Positions 51,498-63,486 of a stretch of DNA of 64,000 bases are shown here, piece after piece (the stretch's first letter is position 1; the number at the start of each line of letters is the position of its first letter). The stretch is taken from positions 48,920,001-48,984,000 of the forward strand of contig CM059432.1 in NCBI GenBank assembly GCA_030390025.1, read 5' to 3'. Made by a program: the position numbers and the translations under genes. The stretch is from Squalus acanthias (lineage: Eukaryota). The notes under the pieces are model-generated. The model searched no databases and was not told the origin of the DNA. It worked only from the letters and a program-made list of their open reading frames with translations.

Positions 51498-52553
51498 GGG
51501 GCAAATTTCGCTGAATACTTTAGGCGCTAAAGAAGTAAAGATGTGGCGAAGCTGGGGACTTAAGCTGAAACGCCGGTTTAGCCCGAGTTTAGCACAAGAC
51601 ACCATCTTGGTAAAGGAGTTGAATCCAACACTAGGAACGGCTGCCTGGAGGCTTGTTAAACAGCTGATTGTCACTTAAAATGCCTGCTAGCGCTCATTAA
51701 AGAGGCTGCACAGCATTTTGGTAGCTAGCGCTTCAACTAACGCCCGCTCCGAACAACGACCAGCTGTTTGGGAGTAAACACGGCGTTGATGTTGATTTCA
51801 AGCGCTATTTAAAGGGATACTCACCATTTCATGGTTATTGCTGCTGGAGCTGTGAAGAGGACCTTTGAAACACATTAGGAGACTTTCTGGGACACTTTGT
51901 CAAGACTTCACCAATACTTGAGCAACATTTATTCTGGAAATTATCTGAAGACTTCACCTAAAAAGTGTAAGTGCTGTGCTACTCTAACTTATTGGACACA
52001 TTATAGGAGTCACCAGGAGAAAGGGAGTGTTTGGTCATGGGCATCTTGCTAGGGATCCCCCTTGGACTGCAGGAGGAATGGGAGGAGGACATGAGGCCAG
52101 GCACAGCAGCACCAGCTGCTGCAGGAGAGAGGGACAGGAGGGTGACAGGAGGGCGAGGTGGCGTCCTTCCCCGTGCAGGTACAGGACATTCCTCCTGCTC
52201 TGGACCTCCTCCACCAGGACCTTCAGTGCTGCGTCCGAGAACCTGTGCGCCCTCCCCCTCGGTCCCTGAGCCATCCTGCACTGTGCCGCTGTGTGCCAGC
52301 CAGAGCACTCCCCACCTTCAATGGAAGTGGGTGCGAGGAGCCCACATATACTGCTCCACGGAAATTGCGTCTAATCAGCACTTGAGTGCTAAACCTGCAG
52401 GTGTCTGGTTAGCACCTCCAGGCAAGTTCAAATTACGGTCAACAGCAATTAGGACCAAAATTGCGTGCTAAATCCAGACTTTCAAACAGGCGTGTCATAT
52501 TAGCACAGCACCCATTTAGCGCCTGTTTTCACCCTTTGGCCAAATTAATTCCC
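51498..52553. mobile_element. Internally deleted Harbinger transposon retaining the starts of both convergent genes
   Basis: Minus ORF from 52274 reads MAQGPRGRAHRFSDAALKVLVEEVQSRRNVLY (Myb/SANT-like N-terminus). Plus ATG at 52037 reads MGILLGIPLGLQEEWEE. Subterminal AGGCGCTAAA / TTTAGCGCCT; termini decayed. Confidence 0.7.
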
Positions 52554-53418
52554 TGTGCGAGCTGATGTTACTGCAATACAAATGTGCAAATAATATAAAT
52601 TTAAATGCATTTACTCTTGACCCTGAAGTCCAGAACATGTTTGCTTCCTTTATTTTCTGTGACAAAGACAGTCACCAGGTGCTTGCCCAAACAGGCAGGA
52701 GCCTCATTTTAATATGCAAATCAAAGTCAATGAATGGAAATTACATCAGCCAGAAGCGATCCTTGCTGAAATGCCACTGCAGGCAGGAAGAGCCATACAG
52801 CAGGCTCTCTTAGAAGAAAACTTCAGCTTGCCAGTTGAGGAAGATGTGAACGGGCTGTCTGGCCACCAGATTCCTGCTTGAATTCTGCTATCGCCTCTAT
52901 TCTGCTCACTTGTAATTGATGTATCACCTGGTGCACTCTCCTCAAATTGACTATACCTGGGGTGGAGGTGCCTGTCCTTGTGTTTGCTACAGAAGGAGTG
53001 AGTGACGCGGGGTGTTGCAAGATGCTGGTTTATTGGCTGTCAATGAGATCTACTGCTGTTGTTGGGGTACCCCATCGAAACAGAAGAGGAAAATATGTTA
53101 GAATTTGGCTGCAAAACACCATTTCAAACAGAAGTCATATCTAGTTGATAATGTGTTGGTGGCATGCCCGACAGCATGCATGTGAGTGGGGGAGTGAGTG
53201 GCGTGGATTTTCCACTCGTGTTGGCTTGAAATTTGGGTGTAAATAAGGCCAGCCTGAGCAGAAACGGGAGCAGAGATCCGGAAGGTGCGGAGTCTCGCAA
53301 TTTTGCTGTTTAGATATTCTTCCTACCGGGTGAGTGAATTGTGGCTGCTTTTTTCCTTTAGCAACATTTACTGTGTTCCAGACATCCAGGAAGCCCAAAA
53401 AATCGATAAAAGGTGAAG

Positions 53419-53575
53419 CGGGTGAAATTGGTCCTGGGTGGTAGCGCAAAACAGGGGAAAGTGAATTGGCAGCCCGTTTCACACCCTACCCAATCTTCTT
53501 TTACATTAAAGTCAATGGGGGGTAAATTCGCTAGCGCCCGTTATGCGCTAGCACCCAAGACCAATTTCACCCCCT
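53419..53575. mobile_element. Short palindromic MITE
   Basis: GGGTGAAATTGGTCCTGGGTGGTAGCGCA ... TGCGCTAGCACCCAAGACCAATTTCACCC inverted termini. Confidence 0.75.
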
Positions 53576-54006
53576 AATTCATCTCTGATATTTGGTCATT
53601 GTTATGAAAGCTGGAACGCATTTGCATCTGAATTTTTGTTTCTTGATGTAAAGAATCATAAGACAGAGTTTGGTAGAATAAAATTAATTTTTTTGGAATA
53701 AAGATGGACTTTTGGAGGGTTTAATCATCATTATCTTACAAGGTTTTTAGCCTCAGAACATTCAACAAACTTATTAAGGACTCTCAATGGTGCTGATATT
53801 TTTTCAGAATTGCGATTAAAAGTGGAATATTCTTGCCCTCTACTGATCAGATTGGATATTACTGCATGTCATGAGATGCTGCAGTCTGCTCTGACAAGCT
53901 ACTCCATTTCTAAACTGAAAATCTGCAGTAACATGAGGCTATTAAATAAAGATGTATGCTGGATGCAAAGAGCTGACAAAAGTATATAAAGTTAAGCAGA
54001 CTCACT

Positions 54007-55200
54007 GGGGGTAATTTTAACCCTTCAGGACGGACAGGAGAGGGGTGAGGGGGGGTTAAATTCTTAAAAATGGGAAACCCGACCCCCCAACCCGCCGCAA
54101 ACAGGCTGACTTCCAGTTTAACCAAGGCGGGTTGGGGGGTCGGGTGAGTAACCTGCTCTCGAGAGGCGGGTCAGGAATTACAATATTTAAATGAGGCTGC
54201 GTGTCTCAGATTTTAGCAGCCATGTGGATTTAATGGCTGCGTGCCGGATTTGCCAGGGCTCGGGGAAACCCAGCAGCTGAAGATCCAGCACTGCTTGTAG
54301 GCCAGAAGGAGCAGGAGTGCGCCACCCGGCCCCTCAAGCTTACATGCCGCGATCTGCCTCCCTCCCCATGAACGGCCAAGACCCCTGCGCTCCAATCTTC
54401 ATCCCCCCCCGCCCCGCAATCCAATCTTCAGCCTCCCCGCGATCCGATCTTTCCCCCCCACCCGTGATCCGATCTTCAGCCCCCCCCGTGATCCGATCTT
54501 CCCCACATGCTACACTCCATAAACTTGAGGTCATCCAAAACTCTGCTGCCTGTGTCCTAACTTACACCAAGTCCCGTTCACCCACCACCCCTGTGCTTGC
54601 TGACCTATCTCTGTAACCTCCTCCAGCCCCACAATCCTCTGAGATATCTGCGTTCCTCTAATTCTGGCCTGTTGAGCATCCCTGATTTTAATCGCTCCAC
54701 CACTGGTGGCCGTGCCTTCAGCTGCCAAGGCCCTAATCTCTGGAATGACCTCCCTAAACCTCTCCGCCTCTCTCCCTCTCTTTTCTCCTTTAAGATGCTC
54801 CTTAAAACCTACCTCTTTGATCAAGCTTTTGGTCATCTGCCCTCATATCTCCTTCTGTGGCTTGGTGTCAAATGTTGTTTTCTAACACTCCTGTGAAGCG
54901 CCTTGGGACATTTTACTACATTAAAGGTGCTATATAAATACAAGTTGTTGTTGTTGTTGTTGTTCAGCCCCTCCCCCCACACGATCCGATCTCCAGCCCT
55001 CCCGCGATCCGATCTCCAGTCGCCCCGCGATCTGATCTCCAGTCGCCCCCCACCACGCTCCGATCTTCAGCCCCCCAGCGCTCCGACCTCTGCCTCCCCA
55101 CGATCTGCTGCCGACCCACGATCTCTCCCTCCCTCCCTCCTCTCCAGTCCCTGTCTGTGGCCTTCTACTGTAGGCCTTCCATCCCAACCCATAAAATATC
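54007..55200. mobile_element. GC-rich MITE (left TIR GGGGGTAATTTT) with internal CCGATCT repeats, split by an L2 fragment
   Basis: The same GATCCGATCT(T/C)C repeats lie on both sides of the L2 insert; no right TIR was found. Confidence 0.55.
54500..54962 (+). mobile_element. L2 LINE 3' end
   Basis: HKLEVIQNSAACVLT...PVLADL and GGRAFSCQGPNLWNDLP...FKMLLKTYLF (L2 ORF2 C-terminus); (GTT)n tail. Confidence 0.9.
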
Positions 55201-56497
55201 AGGGCCACTGTGTTATTCACATGTCACAGTCATGAAGCTTTTAAACAAATGGCAAAAATTGAGTCTTGATTACAGTAACCATTTCCCACTGCATGCTCTG
55301 GTGATTTATTCACAGGAATACTGACACCTGCACAGCAAAGAAATACCTGGCATCGTACTGATTAATTCAGGAAGGATAGGTGGAGTTTTATAAATGGAAT
55401 TTTTGGGGTTTTATGTGCATTATTACTATTGTATAATTGTTCATTTAAAAACTATCGCAAATGAAAATTTCAGTCATGCAAAGTTATACCTATTTCCCGT
55501 ATTAATACCTTGTCAAATAGAATACATTGGCTGAGAATTTCTTGGAGACTTGTGCCAATGGAATGGTGCATCTATAGCATTGGGTTCGTTTTACACTATA
55601 AAAGTCCCAAGAAATTATGGCGTAAGTGAGTTACACCATTATTCACGCTTCACCATCATTTCTTGAGACTTTCGCGGTGCTTTGCCAATACCCTCTCGAA
55701 ACCGTGCAGAATTGATTATCATTGCTCAGGTCAAGAGTGATTGCAAATTTCCTGGATTTACGCCAGTTTTCTCCCTGCAGCCACTTAAACTAAAAAAATA
55801 ACAGTGCAGGTGAATGTGTTTTAATTCACAAGATCAAAGTAATTGATTGAAGTAAAATAAAAGCTCTGCTCTTCTTTGATATTTTTAATTCTGAGCTAAA
55901 ACCTATCAAAACACTTATTGTCATTGTGTGTTAGGTTGAGTGAATATTATGTCCACGATGCACCACATGAAGTCTCTGCACATGACATTGATCATAATGA
56001 GGCTGGGGGAGAAACTCGTTTAGGCTTATTTTCGAGCCCGAAATGATTGGCGCACTCACAGGGCATCAGGAGCCTGTCAGGCCTCCTGAGGCAGCTCAAT
56101 TGTTACCTCTGGACAAATTTAGGCGAGCTGCGATGCCAGCAGCAGCCCTCAATCAGTTCTTGGAAGGAGGGGGGAGGCAAACTGGAATCTAAGTGATCGT
56201 GGGCCCCAGATTAACTTAAGTTAAAGGGAAAAAACTTACCTATATATTGGCAGCCTCCAGTGGTCCCGTTAAAGACTGCTGCTGCTGGTTGGGCCGCAGA
56301 AGGAACCAGAGAAACTGAGCAGAGCATGCTGACCAATAAACAGGCATTAGGCCCATCATTAGCATCTAAACAAGGAGCGTAATGCCAGTTTATGGTGGTC
56401 GTCAGGAACGTCTGACTATTGCCCGAGCCAACATGGCTAGGTATGTAGTTCAGGCACTGGTGGAGCACGGGACATAGCCTGCGAAACTGAACCTTTT

Positions 56498-58275
56498 AGG
56501 AAATCATGGGGAAAACGCACTACTGGCTGGAGTCATACCTAGCACAAAGGAAGATGGCTGTGGTGGTTAAAGGCCAATCATCACAGCCCCAGGACATCGC
56601 TGCAGGAATTCCTCAGGGCAGTGTCCTAGGCCCAACCACCTTCAGCTGCTTCATCATGACCTTCCCTCCAACATAAGGTCAGAAATGGGGATGTTCGCTG
56701 ATGACTGCACAGTGTTCAGTGCCATTCGCAACTCCTCAGATAATGAAGCAGTCCATGCCCGCATGCAACAAGACCTGGACGACGTTCAGGCTTGGGCTGA
56801 TAAGTGGCAGGTAACATTCGTGCCACAGAAGTGCCAGGCAATGACTATCTCCAATAAGCGAGAGTCTAGCTATCTCCCCTTGACGTTCAACGACATTACC
56901 ATTGCCAAATCCCCTATCAACAACATCCTGGGGGTGACCATTGACCAGAAACTTAACTGGACCAGCCACATAAATACTGTGGTTACATGAGCAGGTCAGA
57001 GGCTAGGAATTCTGCAGCGAGTGTCTCACCTCCTGGCTCCCCAAAGCCTCTCCACCATCTACAAGGCACAAGTCAGGAGTGTGATGGGATACTCCCCAGT
57101 TGCCTGGGAGGGTGCAGCTGTAACATCAATCAAAGAGCTCAACACCATCCAAGACAAAGCAGTCCGTTTTGATTGTCAGCACATCCACCACTTTAAATAT
57201 TTAGTGGGAAAAATTCAGTTGGTTGCGCCTCCCGTTAGCGCCTTAAGAGGGCGCTAATGGGGCGCAAATCATCTAGCGCCCGGGCGCGGCCATGTTTGCG
57301 CCGCTCGCAAAATTAACTAGACATTTTGCGGCGGCGCTAAACACTACCGCCACGATCTCCTGCGCCGGCAGATCGTGACATCAGTCGAGTGCGCAACGCC
57401 CCAGTATCGCCCCGGAGCGGATATTGAGTGGCGCCCCCTGCCTTACTGCCTGCCGCTAGCAACGACAGGTTGAGGGGAGCGTTTTGCAGTCAGGAAGGGA
57501 CTGGGGGAGCGCTATTTAAAGGCGACCGCTTCCTGCCTTTTATTGTTGGTGACATTTTTGAACCACGCTTTCTGAGAGAGAGAGAGAGAGAGAGAGAGAC
57601 TTCTGGAGAGATTCAACGCTGTGTGAGGGAGTTTTGGGTACTGAGCAGCACTTTGCAGGTTCATTTTGATTTGCCTTTCCTTGTATCGATTTAGAAGAGA
57701 CTGTGGGGGCTGCACTCGGAGCTCTTTCCCTGGTACTCTCCATTGTTCTTTCCAGCAGATTTGATGTACAGCTCTTTCCAGGCCGAGATTCAAGGCTGCA
57801 ATGAGCAGGATGTGGATGGAAAGCAAGATCAACCCTCCCCTTTAAGAACTGGCCCATGCCATTGTGTGTGTGTTCCATTGCTGACTGACATCACATGAGC
57901 TTCGCCAGCGCTCTGAGGTAGCGCCTCGCTCCTCGGCCTTTGCGCCTTAAGACAGGTGTGAAGCGCCTGATTTAGCACTCCAATCACCTCCAGGGGCGAT
58001 AAAAGTCAAGTTTGCAGTCGGTGGCGATAATTAGCGCCAGGCGCTAATCTTTGCGCCCGGCCGATAATTGCGCCCCAAATGGGGCGACACTGAATTTCTC
58101 CCCCTTAGTCCCTGTGCCACCAGCATACCGTGGGGATAGTTTGTACAATTTACAGGATGCACTGCAGCAACTCGCCAAGGCTTCTTCGACAGCATCTCCT
58201 AAATCTCCACCACCTAGACGGACAAAGGCAGGAGGTGCATGGGAACACCATCAACTCCAAATTTCCCTCCATTCC
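56498..58275 (+). mobile_element. Family A LINE fragment interrupted by a Harbinger MITE
   Basis: WLESYLAQRK, GIPQGSVLGP, FADDCTVF, IYKAQVRSVM; resumes at 58108. Confidence 0.9.
57204..58104. mobile_element. PIF/Harbinger non-autonomous element, 901 bp
   Basis: TIRs GTGGGAAAAATTCAGT / ACTGAATTTCTCCCCC, TTA TSD (57201-57203 and 58105-58107), internal (GA)n. Confidence 0.9.
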
Positions 58276-58282
58276 TTCATTC

Positions 58283-58940
58283 TAATAAGAATGAAACCGG
58301 ATGGACCACCTGGCATCGACCTTGGCACTGGCTACGGACACGGCAATGGCACACCCAGTGAGTGTCTCACCTCCTGACTCCCCAAAGCCTTTCCACCATC
58401 TACAAGGCACAAGTAAGGAGTGCGATGGCATACTCTCCACTTGCCTGGATGAGTGCAGCTCCAACAACACTCAAGAAGCTCGACACCATCCAGGACAAAG
58501 CAGCCCGTTTGATTGGCACCCCATCCACCACCTTAAGCATTCACTTTCTCCACCACCGGCTTACCGTGGCTGCAGTGTGTACCATCTACAAAATGCACTG
58601 CAGCAACTCGCCAAGGCTTCTTCGGCAGAACCTCTCAAACCCACGACCTCTACCACCTAAAAGGACAAGGGCAGCAGATGCATGGAAACACCACCACCTC
58701 AACGTTCCCCTCCAAGTCACACACCATCCTGACTTAGAAGTATATCGCCGATCCTTCATCGTCGCTGGGTCAAAATCCTGGAACTCCCTACTTAACAGTA
58801 CTGTGGGAGTACCTTCACCACACGGACTGCAGCGGTTCAAGAAGGCGGCTCACCACCACCTTCTCAAGGGCAACTAGGGATGGGCAGTAAATGCTGGCCC
58901 TGCCAGTGACGTCCACATCTCATAAGCGAATTTAAAAAAA
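58283..58940 (+). mobile_element. Family A LINE internal-deletion derivative
   Basis: 5' segment (equivalent to 18833-18909) is joined at about 58358 to the 3' segment (equivalent to 24191 onward), ending in the stem-loop and A tail. Confidence 0.88.
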
Positions 58941-59543
58941 TTGGACCGGATGCCAGGCGGGAAACAACAACAAAATTATAATGAGGTCCTGCCGTACAGT
59001 TCGGCAGGACCTTAGCGTCCTTGCTGGGTTCTTAAGTCCGATTTCAGCCTCCCCTAGCCCTCCCCGCCTCCCCGTAAATATCGGGGCCATAATGTTTTTG
59101 GGCCAATACAAAGTTTTCCTAAGTTACACATCTATCCCTTTTATATGATTGCCAAGTAAATGCAAAAACGTATATGCCATATTTTTATGGCTACTGGCTT
59201 ACATCCATTTTTTGCATTCCAAAGCAAGTGCAGCAGCCAATACATATTTGTGGCTTTTATCCCTCTCCGGCAATCACTCAACCAGGTAGTTCTCTCAGTA
59301 ATGACATGCTGCTACCTTCTCTCGAGTGAACTGGTCCGTCCACCATGAATTTTGGTCATCATCAATCCCATCCTCATCCACTGTACATAGAAACAGGAGC
59401 AGGCCATTCAGCCCCTCAAGCCTGTTCTGCTATTCAATGAGATCATGGCTGATCTATAACCAGTTTAGACACACAATACAAAGCTCCAGATTCCGATGTT
59501 CTCTGCTGAAGCTCGAGTCATCCATCATTTTTTAATTTTTAAC

Positions 59544-60969
59544 CCCTGGGGTTCAATGAGGAGTGTAGAAGAGCATGCCAGGAGCAACATCAGGCGTACC
59601 TAAAAATGAGGTGCCAACCTGGGGAAGCGGCAACACAGGACGACATGCATGCTAAACAGCGGAAACAGAATGCTATAAACAGAGCTAAGCGATCCCACAA
59701 TCAACGGATCACATCAAACGCTGCAGTCCTGCCACATCCAGTTGTGAATGGTGGTGGACAATTAAACAACCAAAGGGAGGAGGAGGTTCCATGAATATTC
59801 CCATCCTCAATGATGGTGGAGCCCAGCACGCGAGTGCAAAACAGAAGGCTGAAGCGTTTGCAACCATCTTCAACCAGAAGTGCCGAGTGGATGATCCATA
59901 CCAGCCTCCTCCTGAGGTCCCCACCAGCACAGAAGCCAGTCTTCAGCCAATTCGATTCACTCCACGTGATATCAAGAAAAGGCTGAGCGCACTGGATACA
60001 GCAAAGGCTATGGGCTCCGACAACATCCCGGCTGTTGTGCTGAAGACTTGTGCTCCAGGACTAGCCGCGCCTCTAGCCAAGCTGTTCCAGTACAGCTACA
60101 ACACTGGCATCTACCTGACAATGTGGAAAACTGCCCAGATATGTCCGTCCACAAAAAGCAGGACAAATCCAATCCGGCCAATTAACGCCCCATCAGTCTA
60201 CTCTCAATCATCAGCAAAGTAATGGAAGGTGTCATCGACAGTGCTATCAAGCAGCACTTACTCAGCAATAACCTGCTCACTGATGCTCAGTTTGGGTTCC
60301 GCCAGGACCACTCGGCTCCTGACCTCATTACAGCCTTGGTACAAACATGGACGAAAGAGCTGAATTCCAGAGGTGATGTGAGAGTGACTGCCCTTGACAT
60401 CAAGGCAGCATTTGACCGAATGTGGCATCAAGGAGCCCTAGTAAAATTGAAGTCAATGGGAATCAGGGGGAAAACTCCCCACTGGCTGGAATCATACCTA
60501 GCAGAAAGCACCGTCCAGAACAAAGCAGTCCGCTTGATTGGCACCCCATCTACCACCTTAAACATTCACTCCCTCCACCATTGGTGCACCGTGGCTGCAG
60601 TGTGTACCAGCTACAAGATGCACTGCAGCAATTCATAAATGCTTTTTCGACAGCACTTCCCAAACCCGCGACCTCTACCATCTGGAAGGACAAGAGCAGC
60701 AGGCACACGGGAACAGCATCACCTGCAAGTTCTCCTCTAAGTTACACTCCATCCTGGCTTGGAAATATATCGCCGTTCCTTCATTATCGCTGGGTCAAAA
60801 CCCTGGAACTCCCTCCCGATCAGCACTGTAGGAGTACCTTCACCACAAGGACTGCAGCAGTTCAAGAAGGCGGCTCACCACCACCTTCTCAAGGGCAATT
60901 AGGGATCGACAATAAATAAATGCTGGCCTTGCCAGTGACGCCCACATCCCAGGAACAAATAAAAAAAAA
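59544..60969 (+). mobile_element. Family A LINE, 5'-truncated with an internal deletion at about 60508
   Basis: MNIPILNDGG...ALDIKAAFDRM...WLESYLA jumps directly to TVQNKAVRLIG; 3' stem-loop and A tail. Confidence 0.93.
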
Positions 60970-62043
60970 TACCCATGGTTATAATCACAGCTACGGCAAT
61001 GAATCCAACGACTTGTGCTTTAGCTCTCCCCCCGCTGCTGAGTGGGACAAATGCGCTCTCTCTCTTACTTATAATTTGTGGGACCATTGTTGTTTTCACC
61101 AGATAAGCTGCAGCCTATGCAAATATATGGCCTACTTGCCCTTCATTCTCACTGAAATTAAATTAATGAGCAGATGTGGCTTATAGTTATAAAAACCATA
61201 TTAGGCAGTTGAAGATATTAACTGAATCTTTGCTGGAAGTCACTCTCGCTTTATTACCCAACCTCTAGGGTTTCCAAATAGTTGGCAGCAGAAAAGCTTC
61301 CTGGTTTGGCCATGAGGAGACGGCAGTGGAAATCACCCAAGGCTGCCAACCATTGAACATCAGTATTGATTTTTTTCTTCACAACTCTCATAAGTGCTTC
61401 TTTCTTTTAGAAACCGAGCTTTTGGAGTAGGTTGTTCTTTGTAGATACAAAAGAGCTTTCGAGGAACAATTGACTCTGATTCTGATTCTATGAGAACGTT
61501 TCTGATATTGTTACTGAAACGTCAGGCATAATGAAAAGCAGATGGCCAAGTAATTCCAAAAAGCAGAAACTGAAATGAACCTTCTGTCTCTCCTCAAGGC
61601 TACCACTTAGAACAGCCAACGTTGGATCCTGGTTTCTTGAAGTAGCTTGTAATATTGCGAATGAACCAAACCCCAGATGCCAGTGGAATCCCCAAGGAAA
61701 CAAGCTGTGTTCTGTCTAAAGCCAATGTATCTTTTATTCAGGCCCAGGCACTACAAATGCTTAATTTGATCGTGAAGGGCTACTGACTGATCTTTTGATA
61801 ACTAGAGGTGTGTGACCATTAATTAAGCAAGTAAAATTTTGCGCAGGAGAGGTCTAATTCAATTAAAAACTATCAGGCACCTGCTTTTAGTCCAGCAACT
61901 GACAGCGAGCACGCAGTCAAAAAGTAAATAAGGATCTCCACCTTGTGGCCAGTCTGTCACACTGCGGATATTCCAGCTGTAAACTAAAGTAGGTAATTGT
62001 ACGTTGTTGTGCTTGTTTTACAAGTGTAAAATGGGTACAATGA

Positions 62044-62664
62044 GGGCCAATTTCGGGGACCAACATCCTGTGCCCCAAGGACCCTTGAAAAACATCCGAC
62101 TTGATATTGGGTCGGGCCATTTGTTTAGCCGTCCGGAACCGCCACCTAAAACAGATGTTAAGACCCTTGCATATGCTAATGAGGGGCCTACTGGCCTCAT
62201 GGCTCCACAGCACTTCTGAGGGCCGCTGCCTGGCTCCTCCCGTTCTCCTCTCCCTCTCCTCCAGGGCTCACCGGAGGGCCGCTGCCTGGCTCCTCCCGTT
62301 CTCCTCTCCCTCTCCTCCAGGGCTCACCGGAGGGCCGCTGCCTGGCTCCTCCCGTTCTCCTCTCCCTCTCCTCCAGGGTTCACCGGAGGGCTGCTGCCTG
62401 GCTCCTCCCGTTCTCCTCTCCCTCTCCTCCAGGGCTCACCGGAGGGCTGCTGCCGGCGAGGCAAGCTGCTCAGGATTGATCTTCACAGAATGCATGAGCT
62501 GCTGGCACCTGTCACACCTCCGCAGACAGCTCACCCAAACAATATTAATGAAGCCCGAGGTTAAATTTTGGGCCGGCCTTGGACCCCTGTCCCAGTTAGG
62601 GTGCGCGTTCTGTGCGCAGTGTCTATTACAGGCCCAAAAACAGGCCTAAGTGAATTTCTACCCC
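62044..62664. mobile_element. GC-rich MITE-like element containing a tandem repeat
   Basis: GGGCCAATTTC start and GAATTTCTACCCC end; the right end is the inverse of the element start at 56004. Confidence 0.5.
62218..62454. repeat. 56-bp tandem repeat, 4.2 near-identical copies
   Basis: Unit GAGGGCCGCTGCCTGGCTCCTCCCGTTCTCCTCTCCCTCTCCTCCAGGGCTCACCG starts at 62218, 62274, 62330 and 62386. Confidence 0.97.
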
Positions 62665-63486
62665 AAAGACTCTCCTCAAAACGATATGACATATGTCCAA
62701 TTAGAATGTCTTTAACCTCAAACCATGTATAATATTCTGAATGTTGCAAAGTGCAATTAAAAATATATCAGTTATTCTAAAGAAGAGAGACTGGTGGTAA
62801 TCTCAGCTTTTGTTATTGTCAGCTCAGTTTGCATCAAACAATGTATAGTTTAAAACAGTTGTGTAATGGGGATCTGGGGTTCACATTCCTCTCAGTTTGC
62901 ATCCAGATTCCTTTTACTCATTACTCAGGTTCATATGGAGTGCTCAACATAGTATGGTGAGACAAAGCAAAGTTATTAAAATAAAGTAACAGGTAACAAA
63001 ACACAACACAGTAGGGGTAATTATACAAATGTCTGCTCCCTGTGTACAGCTGGACCACATATTAGGAATTTGGGCATGTGGCTCCCATAATTATCCATCC
63101 ATTTAATGGAAAATACATCCTTAGTGTGAAGTATAATCACATTTGCAATGGTATTGCCTAGTTGTACTACCTGTGGAGTTAGAAGGGTAGAGAAAGAGAG
63201 GGAGGGAAGGGTTGAAGGGCCCAGAGAGACTGAGTCATGAAAGAGACACTGTCAAGGGGGAAAAAAAGAGAAAGGGCATGTCACAGGTTCCATGGTTATG
63301 AGTGCCCTCTCAATTTAGAGCCACAGGTGGCATCTACCAGGTAGCCAGAATCTTGAGCTCCTTCCATTTCTGTTTGCAAGAGGCCAGGTGTGTCTCCCAT
63401 CCACCGATGGCTTCCTTTTGTCTTCTAGAATAATGGCTGTCCATTATAATGGTCAATGATAGCACCTAAGTTTACCTATTGCCATG

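Noticed and set aside
62101..62649. 182-aa ORF
   Set aside because: Open only because it crosses a GC-rich 56-bp tandem repeat inside a MITE-like element.
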